Translations under genes and position numbers: made by a program
The notes under the pieces: model-generated
Seen by the model: only the letters and a program-made list of their open reading frames with translations
What the model was told of the DNA's origin: nothing
Databases searched by the model: none
DNA from: Tricharina praecox
Taxonomy: Eukaryota
Length of the DNA: 64,000 bases
Direction: 5' to 3'
NCBI RefSeq assembly: GCF_024521635.1
Contig: NW_026250412.1
Location: 62,001-126,000 of the forward strand
Part shown: positions 14,938-25,748 of the stretch, one piece after another
How positions within the stretch are numbered: position 1 is the stretch's first letter
Layout of the letters: every line of letters begins with the position of its first letter

Positions 14938-16421
14938 TGGTTCATGTTTGTATTGGCACCGGTGTCAATTTGTCTGCCTAACTAGAGCTAGTAGCTTGGC
15001 GGCCGGTACACACAAGCTTCGCTGCACCTGTGTTGTGGAGACATCAACGCCTACAGTGGGTATTGTAATTTGTGGGATTCGGGGGTAGAGGTGGCTCTAT
15101 GTTGTGGGGAGCGGTGAGCGGTGAACGGCGGTATGGATCTGATGCGGTCGCTGAATGTGAACTGTTCTCTGTTGGTGCTTCTCTGTGTCGGTCTCTTGTT
15201 CAACACATCAGACATTTTCAACCACTACACATATTCCCAAAAGTTGGACTTGTTTTTCTCTCTTGTTGCTTTTCTAGTCAATTGAATTAGTTCATCAGTT
15301 GCCCGTATGTATCCGTCGAGGGTCTCTCACCGGTCAACCGTCAAGACTCTTGCCTCAAGAGTCAAGACTAGGTATCCTCGTTTACGATCAGCGCGCCGCC
15401 GCCGCATTTCCCGAGTCCCGATACTGTCACCGACGGATACGTAGATATGTCATACCCAGTTACAGCGCTCCCGAGTCCCCGTGCTTCTCGCAAACGCACG
15501 GGGAGAATAGGTAGCTGCAAAAATTCCTGGAGACTGTATGCGAAAAAGACTCTGAAGATACGCCACTGCTCCACAAGTGAGACCCTTCCGACCCTGGGAT
15601 GCCCAGTTGAAGTCAGTGTAGGTCCTGAACTGAAACCGGGTATCTATGTAGGTACCAATTACAGATCACTTGCCCCGGAGACTGAACCCTCCCCGAAAGT
15701 GCGGCCCCGCCCGCCCACCACCTTGCTGCCGGTATCTCTGTGTAGTTGACGGACTTGTTATTTTATCGCGGCAAAACAAGCTGAAGGGAGATGTGGAGTC
15801 TAGAATATTCAGCTTCACCTGAACGCGAAGGGGACAAGCGGGATCAGGGATGTGGATTAATGCCCCGGGAAACTCCGTTAGAAGGGATTTTTCCCCGAAG
15901 CCATGTCCCCAAGACGTTAGATTGTTTCATCCGCAAAGATGTGTGCAGTCCCAGAGATCGAAGCGAACTTCGGTTGCGATAGAACGTGGGAGGGAAGCGC
16001 ATCCCACATCCTTCTTAAGGGTCCGAAACGCGAAGACGGTTTTCTTCGTCGACATCCCCACTCGAACTAGATGGATCCCCGAAATCCGACACACCCCCGG
16101 GATGTCGCTCTTGTCAGGAACACACGGGTGGATGAAGATCAGAATGTCGATCCTGACGCTTCTCAACAAGCTACGGACAACTCATCGGTTCCACCATCTA
16201 GTAGGAGAGAGAACGAGAGATCTCCTTTTCACGGACGGCTGAATGCACGGCACTCTGACGGCATTGCCATCTCGCACCGTTGGGGGCTGATAACTCTGTT
16301 CGACAGCGTACAAGCTTGCCACCACCGCTCGTACATATGAAGAACCCTCCTCCCCCCCTCCTCCCGAACGAGGGCAGTGATGAAGTAGCGACTCGTCGAT
16401 CGGTTCGCATTCTTCACCGGT

Positions 16422-17569
16422 ATGGCTAGCGATGGGCTCCCGTACGAGAACCTTGTCCCGTATCTTTCGACCTCGATAATCACCCTCTCAACCCTTGCGG
16501 CGATCATAGTAACCGGCAGGATGTACGGGCGGATGTTTCTGCTGAGGAGCGTGGGCTGGGATGACTACTGCATCGTTGTCGCTGTCCTCGCCGCGCTGTC
16601 GTTGACGACATCTACATGTCTGGCCGTCCGGGCAGGGACCGGACGACACGTGGGATGTTTCCCCAGCCAATCTGTCCCGTCTCCCCAGAGTATGTACTTC
16701 TCCCCGATTTTCTCACCTCCTTCTCCCGATTGAACACGGCGATGCAGTACATGATCGGCACGCAAATCAGCTACTGCGTCTGCCTCGGCTTCGCTCGCGC
16801 CTCTCTCCTGCTGCAGCTCCTCCGCTTAGCGCCGTCACCCAAAATGCGCCGGTTCTACTGGACGCTGTTTGCGCTCAACGCGCTCGTGACGGTGATCACG
16901 CTCTCGATTAGCGTCTTCAAATGTCCGCGGCGATCGGGCATTCACCCGGAAGACGTACCCGCGTTCATCAAGAGCTCGTGCCGAGTCTTCTTTCCTATAC
17001 GGTTTACGGTTGCGGTGATGGGCGTCGTGATGGACTTTGTCTGTTGGCTTGCGCCGCTGAAGCTTATCTAGAGGATCAGAGTACCGAGGCGGCAGAGGTG
17101 GGTGCTGTACGCCAGCTTCGGCGCCGGAGGGAGCGTCTGGGTGTCGAGTGTGACGCGGATGTCGTATTTCATCGATATCCCAAACATTGCTCGCTTCTTT
17201 GCCGATCCTACATGTAGGGCCCCCCACCTCCCCCCGGACCCCTAACGACCCGTGCTGTCAGGCTGATGAAGCGCAGATAAAGTCGTATACCCCGCGCTCT
17301 GGACAGCGATCGAATGCAACCTGGCAATCATCTGCGCGTCGATACCGTGTCTGCACATCGTGGTGAAGAGAGTGTTTCCGCGGATACTGGGGACCACGGT
17401 CGAGAAGGACAGGTCGTCGGAGATTGGCATCAGCGCGGGCGCCGGTGACATGGAGATGAATAGTTCCTATCACAGCACGGTCAATAGCTTGGATGGGGAC
17501 GGGGGAGCGCACGGGAACGGGATGAGGGACGAGAACGGGACGGAGGAGCGGAGTAGAGAGGGCGTGTAA
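16422..17569 (+). pseudogene. PTH11-like (fungal rhodopsin-domain) integral membrane receptor, disrupted; introns 16690-16747 and 17214-17276
   Basis: Motifs RMYGR...GWDDY, GTGRH-x-WDV, DFVCWLAPL and WTAIECNLAIICASIPCL. Frameshift at 16650 and in-frame TAG at 17069-17071 where the family has Trp. Confidence 0.8.
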
Positions 17570-17878
17570 CCGTATGTGGAGGAAGGGACGAAGCGGACGA
17601 ACTTGATACCTCATGCGATGTAAAATAAACTGCCGTGGTCGTACGGAGATGACGATGGAGTACGATCGATTCTTTCCCATCCCCCCCGCATTACAGTCAT
17701 GTTTACTGCGCCGCGCTCCTCACAATGATCCGCTAATACCTGATCAGCAGGAACTTCCCTGGCCGTCCAAATCTCGACACTGCGGCTCGCCGGTCGTGGG
17801 GGTTGGCGGAGAGGTAATGCCCTGCCACTCTTCATCACTGCTATATGATGTGCGCTTTTAAGGTCCTTCATACAACCG

Positions 17879-17963
17879 TCTCTGTTAGTATAGTGGTTAG
17901 TATTTCCGCCTGTCATTCTGTGATAGTCCGCGGGAGACCAGGGTTCAATTCCCTGACAGAGAG
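17879..17963 (+). tRNA. tRNA-Asp(GTC) with 13-nt intron (17916-17928)
   Basis: Same mature sequence as the copy at 10182. Anticodon at 17912-17914; TTTTTT terminator just downstream. Confidence 0.95.
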
Positions 17964-19641
17964 TCATTTTTTGCTCGTCTTTCGTTCTGTTAGCGCATCG
18001 CAAGAATGGCAGTGGCAGTGTGGGTCAGTCATTGCATTAGCCTCGAGGACTGCGGCACTGCCGAATCACCGTGGGAAGAAACGGCGACGTTAAGGCCGGC
18101 GTCAGCCGCGTGGTGGGCAAATACATTGGAACTTGGTGGTGCACCAACGGAAGGGATAAATTACTCAAGAGGCAATAGCCAACATGTAGATAGGTCAAAG
18201 TCGAGAAGAATTCTGTGGAGTACCAGTCTACCGTATCAACTTGAAACTGATCATGTGCTGGATGGTGAAGTTGCTGTTGCAACTTGCCTTTGGTGGAGCC
18301 TTGGAGGCGTCAACATGGTCCACCTCTGGAAGCGACAGTTGCTGGCGGTGCTTTACCGGTTGCCGGTTTAGGTATTCCCTCTGGCCATCATGATCAAATA
18401 TCTCGTCGTCGTCGTCGGACATATCATGTGTTGTTCACCAAACAGCTTCGCCTGGACAACAACACACAATACACACAGAGCCCCCGGGAGTCGGAGGCGT
18501 GGTATGTAGGATCGAGTACTGCTAAGTAAATTCGTGTGGTTTTCCACTGCTGCAACGGATTACGATCCATTATCCATGATGAACGATGTTGATCGCCGTA
18601 GACAGTCTCTGTAGAGGTGCGGCAGAACGGCGTGAATTTCGCTGCCGGATGTACGGGTACTTTTTTCGAGCACATAGAGACTGGAGTGGAGTAGAAGATC
18701 GCCCAGATGATCAGCCACTATCATAGTAGAGTACTCAGGAGTCAATACGATAGTCCGCTCCCGCCGGGCAGCGGTCAGCTCGCATCTTAAGCTACCTACC
18801 TACACTGTCACCAATAAAACCCACATCGCGGCTCTCGGGCCCAGGCCATCCCACCATGCTAGCGCCGTCACTCGGCCTGCTCGAATCCGTGCAACTTTCT
18901 TGCTCGAATTGCGAAATAAATTGAAGATCTCTCTCTTTCCTGCTCGAATACGGAATACCGTCGAGCACATGCGACTTTCCTCCGATAGCTCCTCCTCCAG
19001 GAGTCGAGTGCTGAAAATTGGTGGTGCTGATGTCCGGATGCGCACCGTTGTCTATGCCCTAGGGTACAAGCGATGCGTTGATCGCGCGTTTATTGCACAC
19101 AAAATGTCGTAAAATGCGTTGCACAGTTTTAGTGACAGATGCGCACCGTGAAAATTACGTTATTGCCGAAAAATGCGTGAATTCTGCCAAGCTTTACTCT
19201 CAGGTGTGCTCTAAACTTTAAAGGTAGACGGGGAGTAGCTTTGAGAAGAAAAGTTGTTGTATTGGTCTTTGTTACGTATAAGTGTCATCCGGGAAGCATT
19301 GGAAGAGTCAATCAATCCACACAGTTAGGGAATGACTCTAGGTAATGAAGGAATGACTCTAGTCAATAATCAGGGATGACTCCAGTCACCGAGTAGGAAT
19401 GACTGAGTAAACCCGCGAGACTCGAATAAAAACCCGACCTCGACAGTCTGTTGAAGTTCATGTTGACAGTACGATGATGCTGGCCTTCGCGATGCGTATC
19501 ACGGTGACGTTGGAGTACTCTTGTCTAGGTATACTGCCGCCGTACTCTGCGCTCTCTCTCATCACTATCATCATCACCACATCCACCACCGGTGAGGCTC
19601 TTTTAGTGAAGCACCGGCGGCGGTAGGCCACCGTGGCTAAG

Positions 19642-19701
19642 TTTGTGGCCTCGTCACCTAGGTTTATGGCCTCGTCACCAATGTTTGTGGCCTCGTCACC
19701 A
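19642..19701. repeat. 21-bp tandem repeat x3 (TTTRTGGCCTCGTCACC core)
   Basis: Three consecutive copies are visible. Confidence 0.85.
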
Positions 19702-21689
19702 AGAAGTTAAACTCGTTATCACAACTTGTCCTTTTGTACACTCTCTCTTTTACTTCTGTATCGTACACTGTCTTTACATCACCGTCAATACATACATTCA
19801 CATCAACACTGTGCCAATATTCTCCAGGTCGACCGGCGTGACGAGGATGGGAGCACACACAGAGGAGGGAGCGGAGATGGGAGGTTAGCCGTCTATTCGA
19901 TAGATGGTGATCAAGAAAGAAGAAGAAAACCTGTGGGTGTTAGCTTAAGTCCCCCTCCTCATTTGGTCAACCCCGCCATGCCCACTACGTTTCCTTTCGC
20001 TGATAGCTCCACTCACAGGCAGCTCCTCTCCCGACAGCTCCTCCATCACTTCGCCACGTTGCCAGCGAGTCATTCGCTGCGAGGACAGTGTTCTATCCGC
20101 GGCGGGGGAAGGGTGGTATCCACCGGGAGAACAGCAAGGGCACCGGCGATGAGAGTGTGGTATCGGCGGTAAGGGCAGTGTGGTATCGGCGGTAAGGGCA
20201 GTGTGGGAAGACCAACTTGGCTGACAGCCAGCGCAGGACGCCAAGAACAGCAAGGACGGCAAGGGCACTGGCGACAAGACTGTGGTATCCATGGTGGGTA
20301 GAGTCTGTTATCAGCGACGGGGAGGATGTGCTATCCGCGGCGGTGGCAGTGCGGTATGCAGCCAGGCAACTGTAGGAAGAAGGACAAGGAGCATAGTACC
20401 ACAGATTAATAAATTATGTACCTAAAATAACGCATTTGACAACACTGCAAATTACCTACATAAACGTGTTTTACAACCCAACGCATTACAATACGCATTG
20501 CAGACGCATTGCAGACGCATTGCAGACGCATTGGCGGAGACGCAGTACAACTACCGGCTATGTGGTAAAAATTCGAGTACATACCCCACACACTCTCACT
20601 CTCGAACCCTTGGCTGGCCCTGGGGTTTAGACGGTTTCATCCATCCGCGGATCCGGTTGGGTCTTGAGGGATCGAAGAGACCTTCATGACCGGCGTAAAA
20701 CGGTGTAAGTGGTGTAAGTGGAAATGCGCACTCCAACGTTTGCGGGACTGAAGATGGCTCCTTGTCTCTCCCCCGGCCCCGATTTCCCCTGGATAGAATT
20801 CCGAGATACCGTATTGGATGTATCATGAAGACATACCGTTCGGTAATGCCTGGTTCATCCGTTCCGCCGCTAGTCGGTCCACGTGGGCACCTTCTGCTAT
20901 CCGGTCCAAGATTCACCGATCTCCCAAGCCATCTCCTCCCCGGCCGTCAAATCCTCGCGCCCCACGAAGACTGCCACAACCTCGCGCTCCCGCCCGTGCC
21001 CATCTCGTTCGGATGGCTCAGTCTTCCCTCCCTTGCCCTCCATCATGCATAGTGCCCATGCGCCGAGCAGCGTATTGCGCGGGATGGTTAGAACTTGGGC
21101 CGGTTGGGCTGCTAGCACCACGACCGCGCATCAGGGCATTCGTTTTCCGGAGCTCTGCGCTCGAGGTAGGCCGGAGAGGTGGTTACTGTACTTGGTGGCA
21201 CGGCCTGGCTATTCGACTCTGGGATCGTCGAGTTCGCCGGCGACCAGTTTGACCTATCCAGCCGTCTGCGATCTGGTCGTCCGGGAGCAGGGCAACAGTG
21301 CGGGTGGCTCTCGACTGGCTGCTGGCGACTCTTGCTTGCGTAGGGCTTCGCTTAGATTCCTTTCCTTAACGGCGTATGTCTGGCCGAGCCCGGGGTTTGC
21401 AATGGAGTAGAAATCGTGTTCCGACCGAGTGATGGTGAAGTTGGTGTTGCGTGTGGCAGAGATGTCATCACCTTTGAAGGAGGGTAGCTGGTGATACTTG
21501 GTTTTCTTCTCTCGTCCCATACCACCTCTGCCCCCTTCACCGACTCAACTCCCTCTCTTCCTCCCCCACTCCTCCTTCCGTTCCTCTCTCACCTCACCCT
21601 TCAAAATACAAAAATCTACACACTCCCACCTCCCCTCACCACCCACGAAGTCTTCATCGTTCGCAACTTTCGACGACTACGACCAGATC

Positions 21690-22454
21690 ATGCCGGTCAC
21701 CACCGCGGACCAAGGCGCCGAGGAGCCATCCAGGAAGAGCGTCAACCAGATGAGCCCCAGCAGGCACCACACTCTGCTGGCTTTGCCTCCGTCGCCTTTC
21801 TCCACCCCAGTCAAGAAGAGCGTCAACCAGGCCGGCCCAAGCAGCAGCAGCGACAGATACCTTCCGCCTCTTCCCCTCTCGCCTGATTCAGAGTCCTCGA
21901 AGAAGAGCATCAACCAGACGAGCCCAAGCAGCCACCACACTCTTCCGGCGCTGCCGCCCTCGCCCTTCCTCCCTTCCGAGGATTCCACCGCAGTCGAAGG
22001 CGCCTCTGAGCCCGGCACCGGCACGGAGAGCACGTACCAGGGCAGCTCGAGCCGCTACAACCCGATCCCGATGCTGCGGTCCCTTCAGGCGGTCCCCCGC
22101 GGAAACCCCAAGGACCCCAACTTCAATTCTATCTTCGAATTCCGCTATAAGTGTGATCACCACACCCTGGAGTTCTACAAAGCCCCGTTGAACCTCCGCT
22201 ACTACACCCACCAGTTGTGCCCCGACTGCGAACGCAAGCGCCTCGACCACAGCCCGGTTCACAAGATCCTTACGGCGATTTTCGGCACTTGGTGGACTGG
22301 ACCTGAACCCAAGAATCAGAAGCCGCTCGCTCACGGTCGCGGTAATAAGGGTAAGGGCAAGGACAACAACGAGACGCAGGGCAGTGGTCAAGGAAACAAC
22401 GGCGGCGAGGACAGAACGGGTGGTGGAACTCTCAACTGGGCCCGCGGAGCTTAA
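21690..22454 (+). CDS. Hypothetical protein (254 aa): three imperfect ~28-aa Pro/Ser repeats plus YKCDH-x19-CPDC putative Zn-binding domain (family member A)
   Basis: Open frame 21498..22454 with first ATG at 21690. Repeats KS[VI]NQ..PS...LP.LP.SP. The motif is shared with 53342-53608. Confidence 0.75.
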   Translation: MPVTTADQGAEEPSRKSVNQMSPSRHHTLLALPPSPFSTPVKKSVNQAGPSSSSDRYLPPLPLSPDSESSKKSINQTSPSSHHTLPALPPSPFLPSEDSTAVEGASEPGTGTESTYQGSSSRYNPIPMLRSLQAVPRGNPKDPNFNSIFEFRYKCDHHTLEFYKAPLNLRYYTHQLCPDCERKRLDHSPVHKILTAIFGTWWTGPEPKNQKPLAHGRGNKGKGKDNNETQGSGQGNNGGEDRTGGGTLNWARGA

Positions 22455-23721
22455 CTTGGTTACACCACCGAGGTACTACTGGCATCACTGGCTCAGTAGC
22501 ACCGCACAGCTGTTTAATCCTTCGGCTTAGCTTCTGAATCCTGTTGGCTTGTCTTCTGCGGAAAGGCTGCAATAAGTTTGGTTTGAGAATAATGATCTGA
22601 TTGAACTGCGAACATCTTTTTTCTCCGCCGTGACTACGTAAATATCCTCTCATCCGTTATTACTTGAATATCCCCGTGTCCACGATTCCTCCGCTCCGAC
22701 TGCCGATGTCCAGTTCTTCTTCCATTTTCCTCTCCTCTACGTAGAAATCCCTTCCCTCACAAAACTTCCATGCAGCCTAGAAGCTTCCCCTCGAACTGCA
22801 AGATGCAATATGGGTAGTCCCGACCAGTGCGGCCTCACATACCAGAGCTACGGGAGTGAGTGGCTCGATTGTATAGAGAATGAGTCTGTTACTTTTCCTC
22901 CGTCTAAATACATCCGGTGAACAAATCGGTCGCTCACAAATCGCTTACAGCGACACATAGCCCATTCCATTCCGACCCGATGAATGCGACAATTCCAATT
23001 TCCATTTGAGAGTCTCATATTCCCCAGCGAAGACAATTCAGCGGGGTACACAGCCCCACCCACCCCGCTCTGTCTGGGAAACTGTTATCGAAACACACAA
23101 CCCCACCCAACCCAACCCGCTCAATCTAGCTGCAGAACCCCCGGTTTCCGTGATGGAAACGGAGGGAGATACCGCCTCTCTGATATCATCTGGCGTAACG
23201 CTACCCTGTATCGGCAATTGCGCGCTGCAGCCTGCTGATGCCACTCCCAGTACAGTGTCTTTGCCCATATGTACTCGCTCGGTAACCCGGACCGTGCTGG
23301 GCAGCTGTCTAGTGTCGACTGCCGTATATACGTCTGCTCCGTCTGCTCCGCCTGCTCCTCCAGACGGCGACATGTAGTCTATGCCGCAGGGGTCAGGGCG
23401 GAATGCATCGATGAAGTCCCGCCCCGTCCATGTGAGTGACTACGGACGCGTTGGACTACTTGGAGCGCTACAAATAGATGACAGTATTCCACCAACCATT
23501 TCCCTGTCTTCAGCCTCCGTGACGCCCCGTCCGCCGTCGTCCGAATTGTCCGTAATTTACTAGGCTTCACCAGTTTCCCCTCCTAAAACGGCCGCAGGCG
23601 TTCCTCCTCACCTCCTCCTCGCCACCACTCCCCCTCATCCTTCACCACTGCCCATCTTCAAAGAGTTCAAAACACCATCAGCAGACCTCCCATACTGCCA
23701 TGCAAAAGCCCAAAAAAGGAA

Positions 23722-23806
23722 CTCTCTGTCAGGGAATTGAACCCTGGTCTCCCGCGGACTATCAGTAAATGACAGGCGGAAATACTAACCACTATACTAA
23801 CAGAGA
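23722..23806 (-). tRNA. tRNA-Asp(GTC) with 13-nt intron (TTTACTGATAGTC)
   Basis: Mature sequence identical to the other two copies; intron diverged; downstream T-run. Confidence 0.95.
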
Positions 23807-24631
23807 CGCTTGTGATGGTAATGCGGGCTAGAAAATTCAGAGCGCACCTGGCGTGATCAAGCCAGAGATTGTTCATAGCGGGTGATCGCTGATGATTTCG
23901 TAACGAATAGCAGGGCTGGGGACGGGGAGGGGAGGGGAGGGGTGGGGATCTCGTTCGACTGGAGGGATTGTTCTGGATGTTGAGCTTGGGGATTTCACCG
24001 TTGTGACATGAACGGCGGGGATGAATATCGGCAGGCTGTAGACTTGACCGGCGAGCGTGGTGTGTTGAGGAATCCGGAATATGAGGGCGGGGTCGTTGAC
24101 CAGAGTGTCACTGTACTCCGCAGGTCCGCAGGTATACCATGCTACATCTAGTTCGCGGCCAGCGGTTGGGGACAGTGGAGCCGAACCGGATGTGTGTATA
24201 CCGCCATAGTCTGAGAAATATCTAATGTTACGATGATGAAACAAACAAAAAAAAAACGTACTAAATCTGCGTCACCACGGCGCCGCCTTGCGGATGGCGA
24301 GACGGAGACTCAAGAGCTACTACATACGTTTGCGGCCATGAGCTCGTTGCAATTCCCTAATGCTATGCACACCGGAGGCACTGCGGCCGCGCCTCCACTT
24401 CGGATCTCTCGATGGCATCACGCAATATCTGAGCATTGGCCTACATATCTCTACAGTTTAATCACGCGAATGGAACGTTCAATATAGCAGGGCCGGCTTC
24501 ATTTTTTTGTATCGGTCCGATATGTACACGACTGTGACCACGTCTCCCCCAGCTCACCATGCCCCGCATTTTTCTCTCTATCAATCTCATAGCCTTTCTA
24601 GTCGTTATTTAATCATAGCAACGGTAAGTTA

Positions 24632-25138
24632 ACAGTAGCCATCGTACGGCACTAAGTAATAGTAGATGTTAGTATTATTCATGAATGTAAGTGAGAAGGG
24701 AGGGGGAGATGATGTTTACCTCGTTGCATCCAGGGTGTTGCCACCCCGGACGGTGGTCCGGGGAACCAAGGTCGGTGGTGAGTGTGTTTCTTTTCTGTTA
24801 TAGAGCTATATAGTGGCCATCGTTGGCTTTGATTACTAATAAAAGTTAGTATTATTCATGAATATAAGTGAGAATGGAGGGGGAGATGATATTTACCTCG
24901 TTGTGTCCAGAGTGTTGCCACCCCGAACGGTGGTCCGGGGAACCAGTTACCACCTCGGGCGGTAAGGTGTGAGGTGTGAGGTTTTAGGTTATGACCTCTA
25001 CAGTAGCCATTGTTGGCTTTGATTACTAATAAAAGTTAGTATTATTCATGAATATAAGTGAGAAGGGAGGGGGAGATGATATTTACCTCGTTGTGTCCAG
25101 AGTGTTGCCACCCCGGACGGTGGTCCGGGGAGCCAAGG
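24632..25138 (-). repeat. Triplicated ~180-190-bp unit containing an exon fragment plus a complete spliceosomal intron (degenerate gene)
   Basis: Each unit has CCCCGGACCACCGTCCGGGGTGGCAACAC...CGAG|GTAAA...ACTAAC...TAG on the minus strand. Introns at 25026-25086, 24836-24896 and 24652-24719. Confidence 0.8.
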
Positions 25139-25574
25139 ACCGAGCTCTCGTCGTATCGCTTCTTCGCCTCCCCGGCGCTCAATCTGGTCCTTCGTAGTCG
25201 TTCTTACCAAGGAACCGAAAAATTTTCAGCTCCTTGGTCTCAGTCTTCAGATCGATTGCCTAGGGTCGGTGGCTCGGCAGACTGGTATTTTGTGAAGGCG
25301 CTGGTTCGAGGGCGGCGGACCCAGCTGAATCAGCTGGAGACGTAGCGGGTTGGAGGTGGACTCGGTAAGCCAATAGCGATGGGTTGGTGTCGTTCCTGAG
25401 GATTGAAGTGCATCGGTCGAACATAGAGTCGGGCTGTAATCGGTATTCATCTTCGGCGGATGAGGCTGACTGATGGTTGTTGCTTTTGCATGACCAAGTG
25501 GTCTGAAAAAAAAAGTGGTATCAAGGGATAGGAGGATGAGGAAGGGTGGGATAAATGATAGAGTGTGGAGGGGA

Positions 25575-25748
25575 AGGTGGGGAAGGTGGAAGGTGGAAGG
25601 TGGAAGGAGAAAGGAGGGATGATGAGGTAGAAGGTGGAAGGAAAAAGGAGGGATGATGGAGGTAGAAAGGACGAAGAGATGGAGGAAGGAGGAAGGAGGA
25701 AGGAGGAAGGAGGAAGGAGGAAGGAGGAAGGAGGAAGGAGGAAGGAGA
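25575..25748. repeat. Polypurine tract with 7-bp (GGAAGGA/GGAAGGT)n repeat
   Basis: Direct reading; perfect array around 25681-25747. Confidence 0.9.

Noticed and set aside
18000-19050. Possible transposase remnant next to tRNA-Asp
   Set aside because: No DDE, RT or zinc-knuckle motif could be read with confidence.
20960-21060. HEDCH...CPPSC as a possible fifth, frameshifted Zn-motif family member upstream of gene A
   Set aside because: Needs a frameshift, and the spacing and ligand pattern do not match; too weak.
23438-23560. Minus-strand DNSDDGGRGVTEAEDREMVGGILSSIC resembling the BTB gene C-terminus
   Set aside because: Short acidic low-complexity similarity that cannot be distinguished from chance without alignment statistics.
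24632-25138. Repeat-spacer-repeat layout resembling a CRISPR array
   Set aside because: Units are ~140 bp and contain spliceosomal intron signals; the context is eukaryotic with no cas genes.
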